Notes under the pieces: generated by a model
Database searches by the model: none
What the model was told of the DNA's origin: nothing
The model's input: the letters and a program-made list of their open reading frames with translations, nothing else
Shown here: piece by piece, positions 27,431 through 39,787 of the stretch
How the letters are laid out: every line of letters starts with the position of its first letter
Position numbering within the stretch: position 1 is the first letter of the stretch
From: the human T2T-CHM13v2.0 reference genome, Homo sapiens
DNA: 64,000 bases
Assembly (NCBI RefSeq): GCF_009914755.1
Contig: NC_060942.1
Strand: one strand, 5' to 3'
Program-made: the position numbers and the translations under genes

Positions 27431-28388
27431 GTACAATTAAGATGTGTACTTCATTGCACACACATTATAACTCACACATTAGAAAATGTCACTGAAAGTA
27501 TTTCATAGTAGATCAGATACAGCTGAAAAGAAGATTAGTGGACTGAAAGATAAATCCAAGGAAATTACCCAAAATGCAGATGGAAGAGAAATGGAAATTC
27601 TAGGAGACCAAGATACATGAAGAATAGAATAAGAAGGTCCAACAAGCCTGACAGGTCATTTTAAGAAGAAAGGTGAATAGCAGAGACATAACACAACAAA
27701 TTAAAACTTCAGATCACAAAGGTTACCCAGAAGTAGAGAGTTAATTATTTTTTCCCCTTCTAAGGTCAGAAAACTAGCAGGCTTAAGTCTAGGTTTTATG
27801 TTTTTTGTAATATACCACATCACTCAGAAAAGAAAGACAGAAAAATCCAGTTGGCTCAGAAACTCCTTTAGGCACAAATCACATATTATCCCGCTTCTTG
27901 AACTGGGATGTGTGAATTCTTGGAGACAGCCCATGGTGCACTAGGAATAAGCAAAACCACAGAATGACATTTTCCTGGAACATTAATTTTCTAAAAGGAA
28001 TTCAAGGAAGTTAATTAAGTAATTGAACAGGCATGTGATTACACCTTTTCAGTAATAAACATGGATATATTTACCAAAGTAGAACTTCAAATGTGCATAT
28101 ATTTATAAGATAAACTATGAAACCTGAGCATGTGGTAACAGGCTTCTAACTTCTCGATTCATAAGTGAGTTATGCATTTATTTTCTTCCACTCTAAAGAC
28201 TAAGCTTAAAGAGCACTCTAATGGCTTTCTCAACAACCTGTGAATTACTATGATTTTCAGGATTCAAGGTCTATTTAACAAAGAAGATTCTTCGTGTAAT
28301 TCACTGTGTTTTTGTTTCTTCTACTCTGGATTTAAATGTTTTATTTTGTGAAGAGTATGACGAAAATATCTGGAGACTGAGGACACAA

Positions 28389-28557
28389 ACTGGTACCCAG
28401 AAAGGGAGAAGTATAATACATGGTTCTCTCTCACCCCACTCTCATCTGCTTGTTATGAAGTTCTGATAATCACTGGTACGCAGAAAGGGAGAAGTATAAT
28501 ATATGGTTCTCTCTTATCCCACTCTCTTCTGCTTGTTATGAAGTTCTGATAATCACT
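28389..28557. repeat. Tandem duplication, 83-bp unit x2
   Basis: Units start at 28389 and 28472; 5 mismatches in 83 bp. Confidence 0.95.
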
Positions 28558-28619
28558 TCTGCAAATAATTCAATCTAGAAAGCTAGTTTATTATGTCATG
28601 GTCTTGCCTTCATCTACTA

Positions 28620-29051
28620 TATGTTATATCGTAGTATGAGTCAGGATTAAGGAGAGTTACAACAGAACTGTATAATAATGGCTTCAACAAAAGTCCAAAA
28701 GTAAAGGCAGCAGAGCTTGCACATTGCCTCATCATGGTCAAAAGCCAGGATCCTTTTCTTTTGTTGCTTCACTGTGGATTGTCTCCATTCTTAAGGTTAC
28801 CCATGGTCCAGGATGGCTAAACCAGCTCCAGCCATCACATCTTCATTCAAGTCAGCAGGAAAAAGATGAGCATATGTACTCCCTTTAAGAATTCTACCTG
28901 CAAATTTGCCCATACTATTTCTACTTACATTCCATTGGCTAAAATATGGACCATACCTGGTTACAAAGAAGAATGAGAAATATGGTCTATTCTTGGTGTG
29001 CATGTGGTCAGCTAAAATGAGGAAGGGGTACAACTAGCAGTCACTGCCACA
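28620..29051 (-). mobile_element. Old MLT1 (J/K-like) LTR
   Basis: gatggct...ctccagccatcacatc, tacattccattggct, ctgccaca end. Confidence 0.65.
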
Positions 29052-29786
29052 CCTCATCTGAGTAAAACCTTTGCAGTGCCCCAAGAATACTCCTTTTCAC
29101 TTGATATGGCAGAAAAGATAGTTTACCTTCCATACCCTGTCCTTCATGTCCTTTCTTTAACTTAGATCAGAACAAACAACTGTGCCCAGATAAACCAGTG
29201 AGCTTCATTAACAACATGAAAACTGGCAGAAGTACCCTAACATCCTTCCTTTGAATAAAAGCAACAAGGTGCCTCAAAACATGTGCTATGAATCATGGAA
29301 CCAAAAGAAGGAGGAAAATGACTTCAGCTGCTTGACAGCAAGAATTTGCCTGCTTTCTTGATGTGACCAAGTCAGGAACTGAAATTAATAAAAGTGACAG
29401 CTTGGATTCAAACTGCACCTTTCTCTAGTAGACTCCAGCTTTTCAAAAATACTGCAATATGCAATTTTGCTTTCATAATGTACCCTTAATATTCTCTAAT
29501 GACAAAATAAAATGACATTACTTAACATTTTAAACAATAAATACTATAATACTTAATTTGCTGAAATATAATCTATACATATATCTAGGAACAAAAACTG
29601 AAAAAGAATGAGAAAGACCAAAAACAGCTATTTTTTTTACAGAGACAGAATTATAGCTAAACTTACTTTTTAATTTTCAGAACTCTGAATGCTCTTTATG
29701 CAACATTTTAAAATTTTATAAACAGACATTTCATACACACTTGTGTGTGTATATATATATATATATGTATATCTTACACATTCAAG

Positions 29787-29894
29787 TCCTGCTGACTTGA
29801 ATGAAGATGTGATGGCTGGAGCTGGTTTAGCCATCCTGGACCATGGGTAACCTTAAGAATGGAGACAATCCACAGTGAATCAACAAAAGAAAAG
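29787..29894. repeat. Inverted copy of 28753-28860
   Basis: Reverse complement matches at 107 of 108 nt. Confidence 0.97.
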
Positions 29895-30029
29895 ATAGAG
29901 ACAGATGGTATCATGAAAACATCCCGGCTTTGAAGCCACACATGATTTTAAAGTCCAGTCCTACCGTCTACTAGTTGTGCACCTTCGTGAGAATTATATA
30001 ATTTCTCTACAATAAAGACCACATTATCA

Positions 30030-30300
30030 GCTATTTCATGTCTGTTGCTTTCATTTCCACCCCTCCCATCTATGATCTGTACTGCAGGGAGCTACAAACT
30101 TGCAAGCTATATTCCCAAAACTACTTTGCCTGCTGGCTTCAGGTTAGGGTCTGACAATGGGAGACACTGGCGGGAGACGGGAAGGGGAAAAGAACAGGGG
30201 AACCATTTTTCTTTTTGCTCACTGTGGGGTCTCTGGCAGATGCAACTATGGGTCCAATGGCTTCCTGCTCAGGTAGTAAGGCTTCCTGAGGTTCTACTGC
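30030..30300 (+). mobile_element. LTR33-like ERVL LTR fragment
   Basis: gctggcttcaggttagggtctgacaatgggagacactggcgggaga resembles LTR33. Confidence 0.6.
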
Positions 30301-30809
30301 AGTGTAATGTAGAAAGATGTTCATTAAAGTGTTATCTGGAATGGCAAAATACTGAAAACCACCAAAATGACCAACCATAGGCTGAAGGCTAAATAAACTT
30401 GGGTAGATCCATATAATACACCATTAAAATTACATTCATGAAGAAATATTAATGGCATAGAAAACACACCACAACGGTACATAAACAAGATAGGATTTTA
30501 AAAGCTATATTGTCATTAGCATTACGTTAGTATTGTTATCGCAGAGCTAGACAAGAGCATAAAAAAATTCAGATTCAAATCCAGTATAATTTAAATATCT
30601 ATGAAAGTTATCTCCAAGCCTGACAGACAGATATGAAAAGAACAGAAAATGCAATCCAGCAGTAAAAAGCATACTTAGAGAAAACTGGGTCAACCTAAGT
30701 AGAAGGCTGCAGATTTATGCTTACGCTATGGATTTTCTCTCAAAGGTGGCAAACTTGAAAGTTTGATTGAAAGGTTTTTTGTTTGTTTGTTTTTTTAACT
30801 AACTTTTCA

Positions 30810-31100
30810 GGCTGGATGCAGTGGCTCATGTCCATAATCCCAGCATTTTGAGAGGCTGAGGCAGGAGGCTGACTAGAGGCCAGGAGTTTGAGACCAGCCT
30901 GGGCAACACAGCAAGATGCAGTCTCTATAAATAAATAAATAATCAGTTGGGTGTTGTGGTGTATGTTTGTAGTTCCAGCTACTCAGCAGGCTGAAGCAAG
31001 AAGATAGCTTGAGCCCAGGAAGCTGAGGCTGCAGTGAGCCATGATCGCACCACTGTGCTCCAGCCTGGGCGACAAAGCAAGATCCTGTCTCTAAAAAAAA
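30810..31100 (+). mobile_element. AluJ
   Basis: J diagnostics. Confidence 0.93.
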
Positions 31101-32282
31101 CAAATGTTTTTAAATCTAACTTTGTAATGTATAAACCATAGATATATAAAGTACATAATCAATACATAGTATATCTGTGGTCTTAAAATTTCCTGCCATT
31201 GCAGGAGAAATGACAATTAGGAAAAAATGACCCAAAAAGGATCCTTAGGGGAATAATAATGGAAAAAAAGGTTAAGAAACACTGGCCAACATAAATCTCC
31301 CTGAAGGATAAAGTGCTAATGTAACTTGAACCCATGGGTGCACAGAAGGGTCGAAATCAACCCTATCCAGACGGCATGGACCCAGAATTCTTAGCTATCA
31401 CAGGGACAACATAATGGTTCAGTGTATAGCCAGCCATCCCTGTGTTAAGGTAAAACAGCATGGACGCGTGCAGCACCAAGACATACAAAACTCAAAGCTT
31501 GTAAATAATACCAAAATATTTAAAAGAATTAGAAATTCACTATATTGGATATACTATGATTGTTTAAGAATAGGAAGTGCTTTGGGTAGACACGTCAAGT
31601 GATTAAAAAGAAAATCTAATGTATCAAATTTGTAATGGCAGTTTTATTATTTTAATGGATTTAATTAGCTAAGTTTATAAATGACATTAATTACATGGGA
31701 TTCAGTCTGTTTAACCTGAGTTCAGTGAATATTAATCAAAGGTCTTTTTGAAAGCTACTGCTAAAATTTATTCAATTTAAGTTACCCTGAACTTAAAAGC
31801 TGAAGGAAAGGGTAAACTTGAAAATGTTACTTTAATAAAGTATAAAACTCTTGGTATAAAACATGAGTAACTGCCAGTATTACTTTCTGAGCACAAAAGA
31901 TGCCCCCGCATGTGTAAAATTACATACCTGAAGTATGACCTCAGTTATGCATATACATGTGAAAGAGTGTATATGTATGTATATTTGCCACACATACATA
32001 GAAGATATATCAAACTATTAACCATAATTATGTGTGGCCAAAAGAATTATTAGATATTTTAAGTTTTCTTTACAGTTCTCTATATTTTCCAAATACAGAG
32101 TATATACTCATATCTGTATTTTCCAGGCCATTTCACTTTGTTGCTAAAATGTTCCTCTATATTAGTACCTTGTTAATTCAATACACTATAGAAAATGTTG
32201 CCTTTACATTAAAAAACATATATGCTTAAGAGGATTACAGTTGAGCTTGGTAAGCCAAAAAGAAGGTAAAGCATTCTAGCCA

Positions 32283-32586
32283 AATGTTGTTCAATTGAAA
32301 CAATAAGGGCCACATTTATAATGTTAAATTTTCTAGTAGCCAACTAAAAAATTACAAAGAAATGGGTAAAAATAATTACATTAATATATTTTATTTAATC
32401 CAATATAGGCAAAATATTAGCATTTCAATGCAATCAATATAAAAATGATGAATTAAGTATTTTGCATTTTTTAAGAATCTTTGGAATTTGTTGTGTATTT
32501 TCCACTTGGAACACATAAATTCAAGCAGCTGCATTTCAATGCTCAAAAGTCACATGTGGCTAGAGGCTTCCTTAGAGACAGCACAG
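32283..32586 (-). mobile_element. MER33 hAT element
   Basis: aaattttctagtagcca ... cacatgtggctag ... gacagcacag. Confidence 0.75.
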
Positions 32587-32886
32587 GTCTAAGCAGAGGG
32601 ACAACAGGACCGAAGCCACAGAGGCAGAGAAGCACAAGGCACAGCTGGAGAAGGGAAGGATCATGTAAGTGGAACTGAGGATCAACAGGCAGGCAAACTG
32701 CCAGTTACGATGGTCACTGTGTGCCACTGAGGGCTTTACAATCTTATTATCAGTGAGATCCACACCAAGAGTATAAATAAGAGAGCCAACACAATAAAGT
32801 TTTAGCTGTTTTAGAAAGTTCTCTCCAAAAGAAAAGTGTGGAAAAAACTGTAACAAAAGGTAGGTCTGTAAGAATTCACATAAAAG

Positions 32887-33349
32887 ATGTTTATTGCAGC
32901 ATTATTCACAATAGCAAAGACTTGGAACCAACCTAAATGTCCATCAATGATAGGCTGAATTAAGAAAATGTGGCACATATACACTATGGAATACTATGCA
33001 GCCATAAAAAAGGATGAGTTCATGTCCTTTGTAGGGACATCGATGAAGCTGGAAACCATCATTCTGAACAAACCATCACAAGGACAGAAAACCAAACACC
33101 ACATGTTCTCACTCATAGGTGGGAACTGAACAAGGAGAACACTTGGACACAGGGTGGGGAACATCACACACCAGGGCCTGTTGTGGGGTGGGGGGAGGGG
33201 GAGGTATAGCATTAGGAGATATACCTAATGTAAATGATGGGTTAACGGGTGCAGCACACCAACATGGCACATGTATACATATGTAACAAACCTTCACGTT
33301 ATGCACATGTACCCTAGAACTTAAAGTATAATAATTAAAAAAAAAAAAA
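32887..33349 (+). mobile_element. Short 5'-truncated L1PA (about L1PA4-6) 3' end
   Basis: End of ORF2, 3'UTR and poly(A); TSD aagaattcacatRaRagatg at 32870-32889 and 33348-33367. Confidence 0.95.
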
Positions 33350-33635
33350 GAATTCACATGAGAGATGATGAAGTTTAAGGTTATGAGAGGAAGGGGCAGA
33401 CAGATGATCTGGAGGTAAAATTGAGAAGTACCTACAAACTTAAGACATTTATATTTTCCTGGTAACTTTTTTTCTTTTCTCATACACTGGCCATCTTTAT
33501 CTCTAGGAAAGCTACAGACACTGGTATAGCTGATAAACTTCACTATTGCTTATGTTGATGCACTGTGTGTGACTGTATAACTGAGGGTATATTGGGATTG
33601 GGGGACGTAAAGGATGAAATCAAGAACAGAGGCTG

Positions 33636-34270
33636 TGAGAGCAGCAGGAGGCAGCCAAATGTCTAGGCAGACAGGGGCAGGTCCCCAGTGAAACTTCACC
33701 TCTAAGCCAAAGAGAGTTTAAAGCCTGAAAGCCAAGCTGCAAGTTAAATCCTCAGACCGGATTGAGAACTTGTCTTCCTGTTTGGCGTGCTTTCCCCTGA
33801 CTGGTCCCCACCCTTCACCTATTTTACATATACTGACCCTTTCCTAATTGGTTTTCTACACTGTCGTGTCCACCTTTGAGTGGTGTCTTCACTTTAACCT
33901 TTTTTGCATACTCACAAACCAATCAGCACACACTCCCCAGTCTGAGTCCATAAGAGACCCTGGACCCAGCCACACAGGGAGAACTTTCCCACCTTCAGGT
34001 AAAGGAAGCATCCCCTATGCATCCCCTCTCTGCTGAAAGCCATTTTCATAGCTCAATAAAATTCTTCTCTGCCCTCCGCACCCTTCAATGTCCTGCATAT
34101 CCTCATTCTTCTTGGGCATGGTACGAGAACTTGGGAACCGCTGAACATGGGTACAAGCTATAACACAGGTGACCGGGGGCATGTCAGCATGGCCAAGCAA
34201 GACCCAGGCGGGGCATCACCACCAGGGGTCCCCAACTTGCAGAGTGACTAAGAAGAAAAATCCTGCATCA
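33636..34270 (+). mobile_element. ERV1 solo LTR, LTR9-like
   Basis: TG...CA ends, 635 bp, 4-bp TSD gctg/gttg, CCAAT box, AATAAA near 34055; subfamily from memory. Confidence 0.8.
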
Positions 34271-34463
34271 GTTGGGTTAGCTCTTGGCTTTGAGAGCTAA
34301 ATGGAAGGTAGGTTTTCTGAGACAGCAAAGGTAGAATAGAAGCACAGATTTAGGTACCTCTAAGACTAACAGAGTCCTAATCACATGTGCCACAAAGTTA
34401 GAAGAGAGGTGGGTGCCAGAGATAAGGCGTTATGTACATGCACTTGTAATTAATCCTTGAAGC

Positions 34464-34918
34464 TATCAGAAGCATTTAAACCATAGCAACTCCATCTTGA
34501 ATAGGAGCTAGGTTAAATAAGTCCGAGACCTGCTGGACTGCATTCCTAGGAGGTTAAGGCATTCTGAGTCACAGGATGAGACCGGAGGTCAACACAGGAT
34601 ACAGGTCATAAAGACCTTGCTGATAAAACAGGTTGCAGTAGGCCGGGCATGGTGGCTCATGCCTGTAATCCCAGCACTTTGGGAGGCCGAGGCAGGCGGA
34701 TCACGAGATCAGGAGTTCAAGACCAGCCTGACCAACATGGTGAAACCCCATCTCTACTAAAAATACAAAATTAACTGGGCGTGGTGGCGCACACCTGTAA
34801 TCCCAGTTACTCAGGAGGTTGAGGCAGAAGAATCACTTGAACCAGGGGGGCGGAGGTTCCAGTTAGCCAAGGTCGCACCACTGAACTCCAGTCTCGGCAA
34901 CAGAGCAAGACTCTGTCA

Positions 34919-34960
<42 letters not shown>

Positions 34961-35334
34961 TGCAGTAAAGAACCTGGCCAAAACCTGTCAAGACATCACC
35001 CTATATGGTCTAAAAAGAGGCATGAATAATCCACCCCTTGTTTAGCATATCATCAAGAAATAACCATAAAAATGGGCAACCGGCAGCCCTCAGGACTGCT
35101 CTGTCTACGGAGTCGCCATTCTTTTATTCATTTACTTTCTTAATAAACTTGCTTTCACTTTACTGTATGGATTCACCTAGAATTCTTTCTTGTGCAAAAT
35201 CCAAGAACCCTCTCTTGGGATCTGGATCGGGACCCCTTTCTGGTAACATCTTTTTGGTGACCCACAGAAGAGACAATGATGAGGAAACCCCTGACCCAGG
35301 GCTAACTTTGGGTAAGTGGTGGGGTCTGGTAACA
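34464..35334 (+). mobile_element. MER41A-type ERV1 solo LTR with an Alu insertion, an internal deletion and an extended 3' end
   Basis: gcaactccatcttgaatagg ... ggatcgggacccctttctggtaaca; TSD AAGC at 34460-34463 and 35335-35338. Confidence 0.9.
34641..34956 (+). mobile_element. AluSg-like nested in MER41, with A37 tail
   Basis: Alu dimer; TSD ggYtgcagta duplicates MER41 sequence. Confidence 0.95.
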
Positions 35335-35434
35335 AAGCCACTGGTATAAATAAAATTACCAATAAAGATGACATTTGTCTTGCACCACTTACCTCCAAGG
35401 GCTATTGTAAACATCACATGAAAAAAACACAAGT

Positions 35435-35532
35435 GGCCAGGCGCGGTGGCTCACACCCGTAATCCCAGCATTTTGGGAGGCCAAGGCATGCAGATCACCT
35501 GAGGTCAGGAGTTCAAGACCAGCCAGGCCAAC
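35435..35532 (+). mobile_element. 3'-truncated Alu left arm
   Basis: ggccaggcgcggtggctcac ... agccaggccaac, then an abrupt break. Confidence 0.9.
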
Positions 35533-35559
35533 TAGGGATAGGTAGTTTCTTCCCTATCA

Positions 35560-36030
35560 AATATTATTTTACAAGTTTATGATAATCATTCCCTCCCTTT
35601 TCTTTACACACAGAACCACCTGTAAATAAAACCCTAAATGACATAGTTTAGTTTTGCCAGTTTTCAAAAAATACAGTTTTGCCTATTGAACTTTCACACT
35701 ATATGTGTTCTTTTTCAAGCTGCTTTTCACTCAACATTGTGCTGTAAGAGTCATCCAGGTTTATATGAGTAGCTGTAGGTCCTTCAGCTGTGTACATTGA
35801 ACATAATACTTTTTATCCATGCCACTGTTGATGGTCTTCTGACTTGCTTCAAGCCTGAGACCATTACAAAGAATGCTGCTAGGAATGTTTCTATATGGGC
35901 TTCCTGGTACACACGTGCGAATTCCTATGGAGTACATCTAAGAATGGAGACAGTGTGTTAAAGAGTAGATACATATTCAGTTTTACTAAATAAAGACCAA
36001 AGCAGCTGAACCTAACTACATTCTTAACAA
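35560..36030 (-). mobile_element. Old L1M fragment
   Basis: cactcaacattgtg, ttatccatgccactgttgatgg, gaatgctgctaggaa. Confidence 0.55.
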
Positions 36031-36378
36031 AGTAATATTTCCTATTGGCACACTGCCTTCTTTCATAATTTAAATGTAACATTCATTTCCAGTTTGGCAA
36101 TTGTACTGTTTACAATATTTGCCTAATTTTGAAAGAGATTTAATTCATTTTCGCTTTATGCAAAATAAGAGTAAAATTACATCTCCAGTCCAATAAGCAA
36201 CATCTAGCTCCACACAGAACCAGCAGGGGGAATTCAGACATTCATATCGTATGATTGGCTTCTGTACATCTCTGGAAGTTATACCAAGAATCCCAAGGTC
36301 ATTAGAGCTCTTCATTCTCTTTTCTGTTTGGCTCACTCTTTTTGTGTGTTGCAATCATGTTTACTAAGATTGCTTAAA

Positions 36379-36699
36379 GGCCAGGCCGGTGTCTGAGGGG
36401 TGGTGGCTCAGGCCTATAATCTCAGAACTTTGGGAGGCCGAGGCAGGTGGATGGCTTGAGCTCAGGAGTTCGAGACCAGCCTGGGCAACATGGCAAAACC
36501 CAGTCTCTACAACAGATACAAAAATTAGCTGGGTATAGTGGCATATGCCTGTAGTCTCAGCTACTCAGAAGGCTGAGGTGGGAGGATCGCTTAAGCCCGA
36601 GAGGCGGAGGTTGCAGTGAACTGAGATCACATTACTGCACTCCAGCCTGGGTGACAGAGCAAGACCCTGTGTTAAAAAAAAAAAAAAGAAGAAAGAAAG
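36379..36699 (+). mobile_element. Alu (Jb/Sx)
   Basis: Alu dimer; TSD aagattgctta. Confidence 0.93.
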
Positions 36700-37437
36700 A
36701 TTGCTTATTTCTTTAACCATTTAACATACATGTTAGGTTCCATAAATTTAAATTCCCATGCACAAAAAATTGTATGGTATTTTTATCATTCAATATCAGA
36801 ACTACATCTAACCTGCCTACCGGGTATGGGAGGAAAAATAGGCATGGCAACATCCGTAGTAAGAAAATGTAATATATTTCTTAAATATTGAGTTTTATGT
36901 ACTATGAAGATGTATGTGATGTTACAAACTTCAGACGCAAGAACAAAGATGTTTTTTCCAGAGAAGTCACCTCTTTCCACCTATCTTTGCCCATCATAAA
37001 AAACTATCAACATTTATGGTCTGATTACTTAAATTACGCTGCTCTGCACTGACTACATGAAAGACTAAAAGACGTGATTTTAAAAAATCTTTCAAAATAA
37101 ATACATTTCAAATAATTAGCACAATTATTTTCTAATTCTGCCAGAATCTTAAATAAAACATACAAATAAAAATTTAAAACACAAAAACATAACTTAAAAG
37201 CAAATGAATCATAGTATATCATTTTGTTGTACCAAAATACTCATATAATCATTGACAATCTGAAAACATCTCAGTGGTAACCATATAATTGGAACCCTGT
37301 GTCAACACTTTGTTACTGAATTAGAGAAAACCAGTCTATTGAAGAAAAATATGAAACAAGTGTTTTCTTTTAGAAATATAATGGAAGTGCCAGGACAATA
37401 AAATACCCAAGTTTGCTAAAAATATACATGTATTTTA

Positions 37438-37758
<321 letters not shown>

Positions 37759-38104
37759 TCATGAATACTTTTCAAGTTAAATATAGAGAAATATTTTACA
37801 AAAATCAAAAAGAAAGGGAATGTAAGTTTTCACTGGCTTATTTTGTAAAACTGAAGGCCTCCATCAAAATGCCCCAGAACTAATATATCTGAAAAAACTT
37901 CCAAATTATAGAAGAAAAACATCACGTAAAAAGATGTTTTACTGCAATGATACTTACGCAAGCATTTATAAACCATCTAAATGCACATAAGATGCAATTT
38001 AAATAAATGATAGTAAATCCACACAGAAGAGATAATAAAAACAACGTTTACTGAAGTTTATAACAATAGGAGAAATGTGATCAAGTTTACAGCTAAACAG
38101 CAGG

Positions 38105-38698
38105 ATATATCATCACATCATACAGAATAGTGTTGCTGCCCCAAAATGCTCTGTGCTCTACCTACTTATGTATCTTCTCCTCCCCCTGAACCCCTGGCTA
38201 TCACTGATCTTTTTACTATCTCTCTTTTTTTTTTGCACTTTCCAGAATGTCATATAATTTGAATCATACAGTATAGACAGCCTCTTCAGACTGGCTTCCT
38301 TCCTTTAGCTATAGGCATTTAAGGTTCTTCCATGTCTTTTCCTGGCTTAACAGCTCTTTTCTTCTTATTGCTGAATAAAATTCCACTTTATGAATGTACC
38401 ACAGTTTGACTCATCTGTAGAAGGACATCTTGGTTGCTTCCAATTTGGGGAAATTATGCATTTGTCTAAACCCTGAGTACTGTACAACACAAAGAATAAA
38501 CCCTAAACTATGGACTTTAGTCCAAAATAATGTATCAATATTGGCTTGTCAACTGTCACAAATGTAGTACACTAATGGAAGATGCTAACAGCGGAAACTT
38601 GAAGAGGAAATTTGTATATGAGGACTGTATGTATTTTCCACTCATTTTTCTGTAAACCTAGAACTGCTCCAAAAAATAAAGTCTATTAATTTTTAAAG
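38105..38698. mobile_element. L1MC-type 3' end with 5' inversion (38105-38458 minus, 38453-38698 plus)
   Basis: Both parts match remembered L1MC1 3' sequence, in opposite orientations. Confidence 0.75.
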
Positions 38699-39011
38699 TA
38701 AAATGTAAAGAATTAAAAGGATAAAGATACAACCATAAAGAGAATGATAGTGGAGCCTTAAGTGGTTGATGGATTTTAACAATTTTTGGTAGAAAGTTAG
38801 CAGTGAATGTGGTGAGACACAGTCAAATTCTCAGAGAAGAGGATGAAAGAAATTCCTGACAGAATCTTTGGCAGGGGTGCAGAAGTAGAGAAGGCATCTG
38901 AAATGGGGCAACAGTGAGAAGTGGGCCTGGAAATGAAGGTTTGCCAAAAGTCTTTAACTAAAACAATCAACTCATATAATGGTACTGCCCTAGTCCTTAG
39001 CCATCTAGATT

Positions 39012-39013
<2 letters not shown>

Positions 39014-39063
<50 letters not shown>

Positions 39064-39153
39064 CCTCCCTCCCTCCCTCCCTCTCCTATCCTCTCCTCTC
39101 CTCTCCTCTCCTTCCTTCCTTCCTTCCTTCCTTCCTTCCTTCCTTTCTTTCTT
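39014..39153. repeat. Polypyrimidine compound STR (CT)n(CCCT)n(CCTCT)n(CCTT)n
   Basis: Read directly. Confidence 0.95.
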
Positions 39154-39223
39154 TCAAGCAATTCTCGTGCCTCATCCTCCCAAGTAGCTGGGACTGTAGG
39201 TGCCTGCCACCATGCCCGGCTAA
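39152..39223 (-). mobile_element. Alu right-arm fragment
   Basis: ttcaagcaattctcgtgcctca ... catgcccggctaa. Confidence 0.85.
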
Positions 39224-39787
39224 GCCATCCAGATTTTCAAGACTGCTCATATCATTCTAACAAAGGCTTGATGGCATTCATCCTTTTAACAAATATTTAG
39301 TATCTTCCATAACCCAGGCTCTCTGCTAATGCACTGAGGGTGCAGGTACAATAAGCAACTCCTGCTTATAACACATTCTTCATATTCTAGAGGGGATAGT
39401 AGTTAGGTAACAGAGAAGCCTAGGGCAGTTTAAGAACCAATGGCTACCCAGGAAAACAGATGATTCTACATAGACCCTACCATCTCTCCACTCTAATTCT
39501 CTACTCCATTTCACTCTGCTCCATGCCTACACCTGATACCCCACACCCTTGCCCCAAGGTCCACAAACTCATGACCACAATGTTTCTCCTGGAGCCACCA
39601 TTGCTTACAGCATCATGGCAACCCAGAGATGCAAGCAGTTGTTCAGGATACACAGAAGCAAACTAAGGCAGGAAATGCAGGGGCTATTAAGCCAAGAGCA
39701 ATGAAGAAGGATCCGAACAATATGGGAAACTGAGAGAAGACAAGAATAGGAGACTTGAGAACAAACCAGGTCTAGAAATTATCTTTA

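Noticed and set aside
31921-31950. cttcag|gtatgt as a recursive splice site
   Set aside because: No polypyrimidine tract before the AG
34970-35040. MER41 as an interferon-inducible STAT1 enhancer
   Set aside because: The MER41B GAS-containing segment is absent
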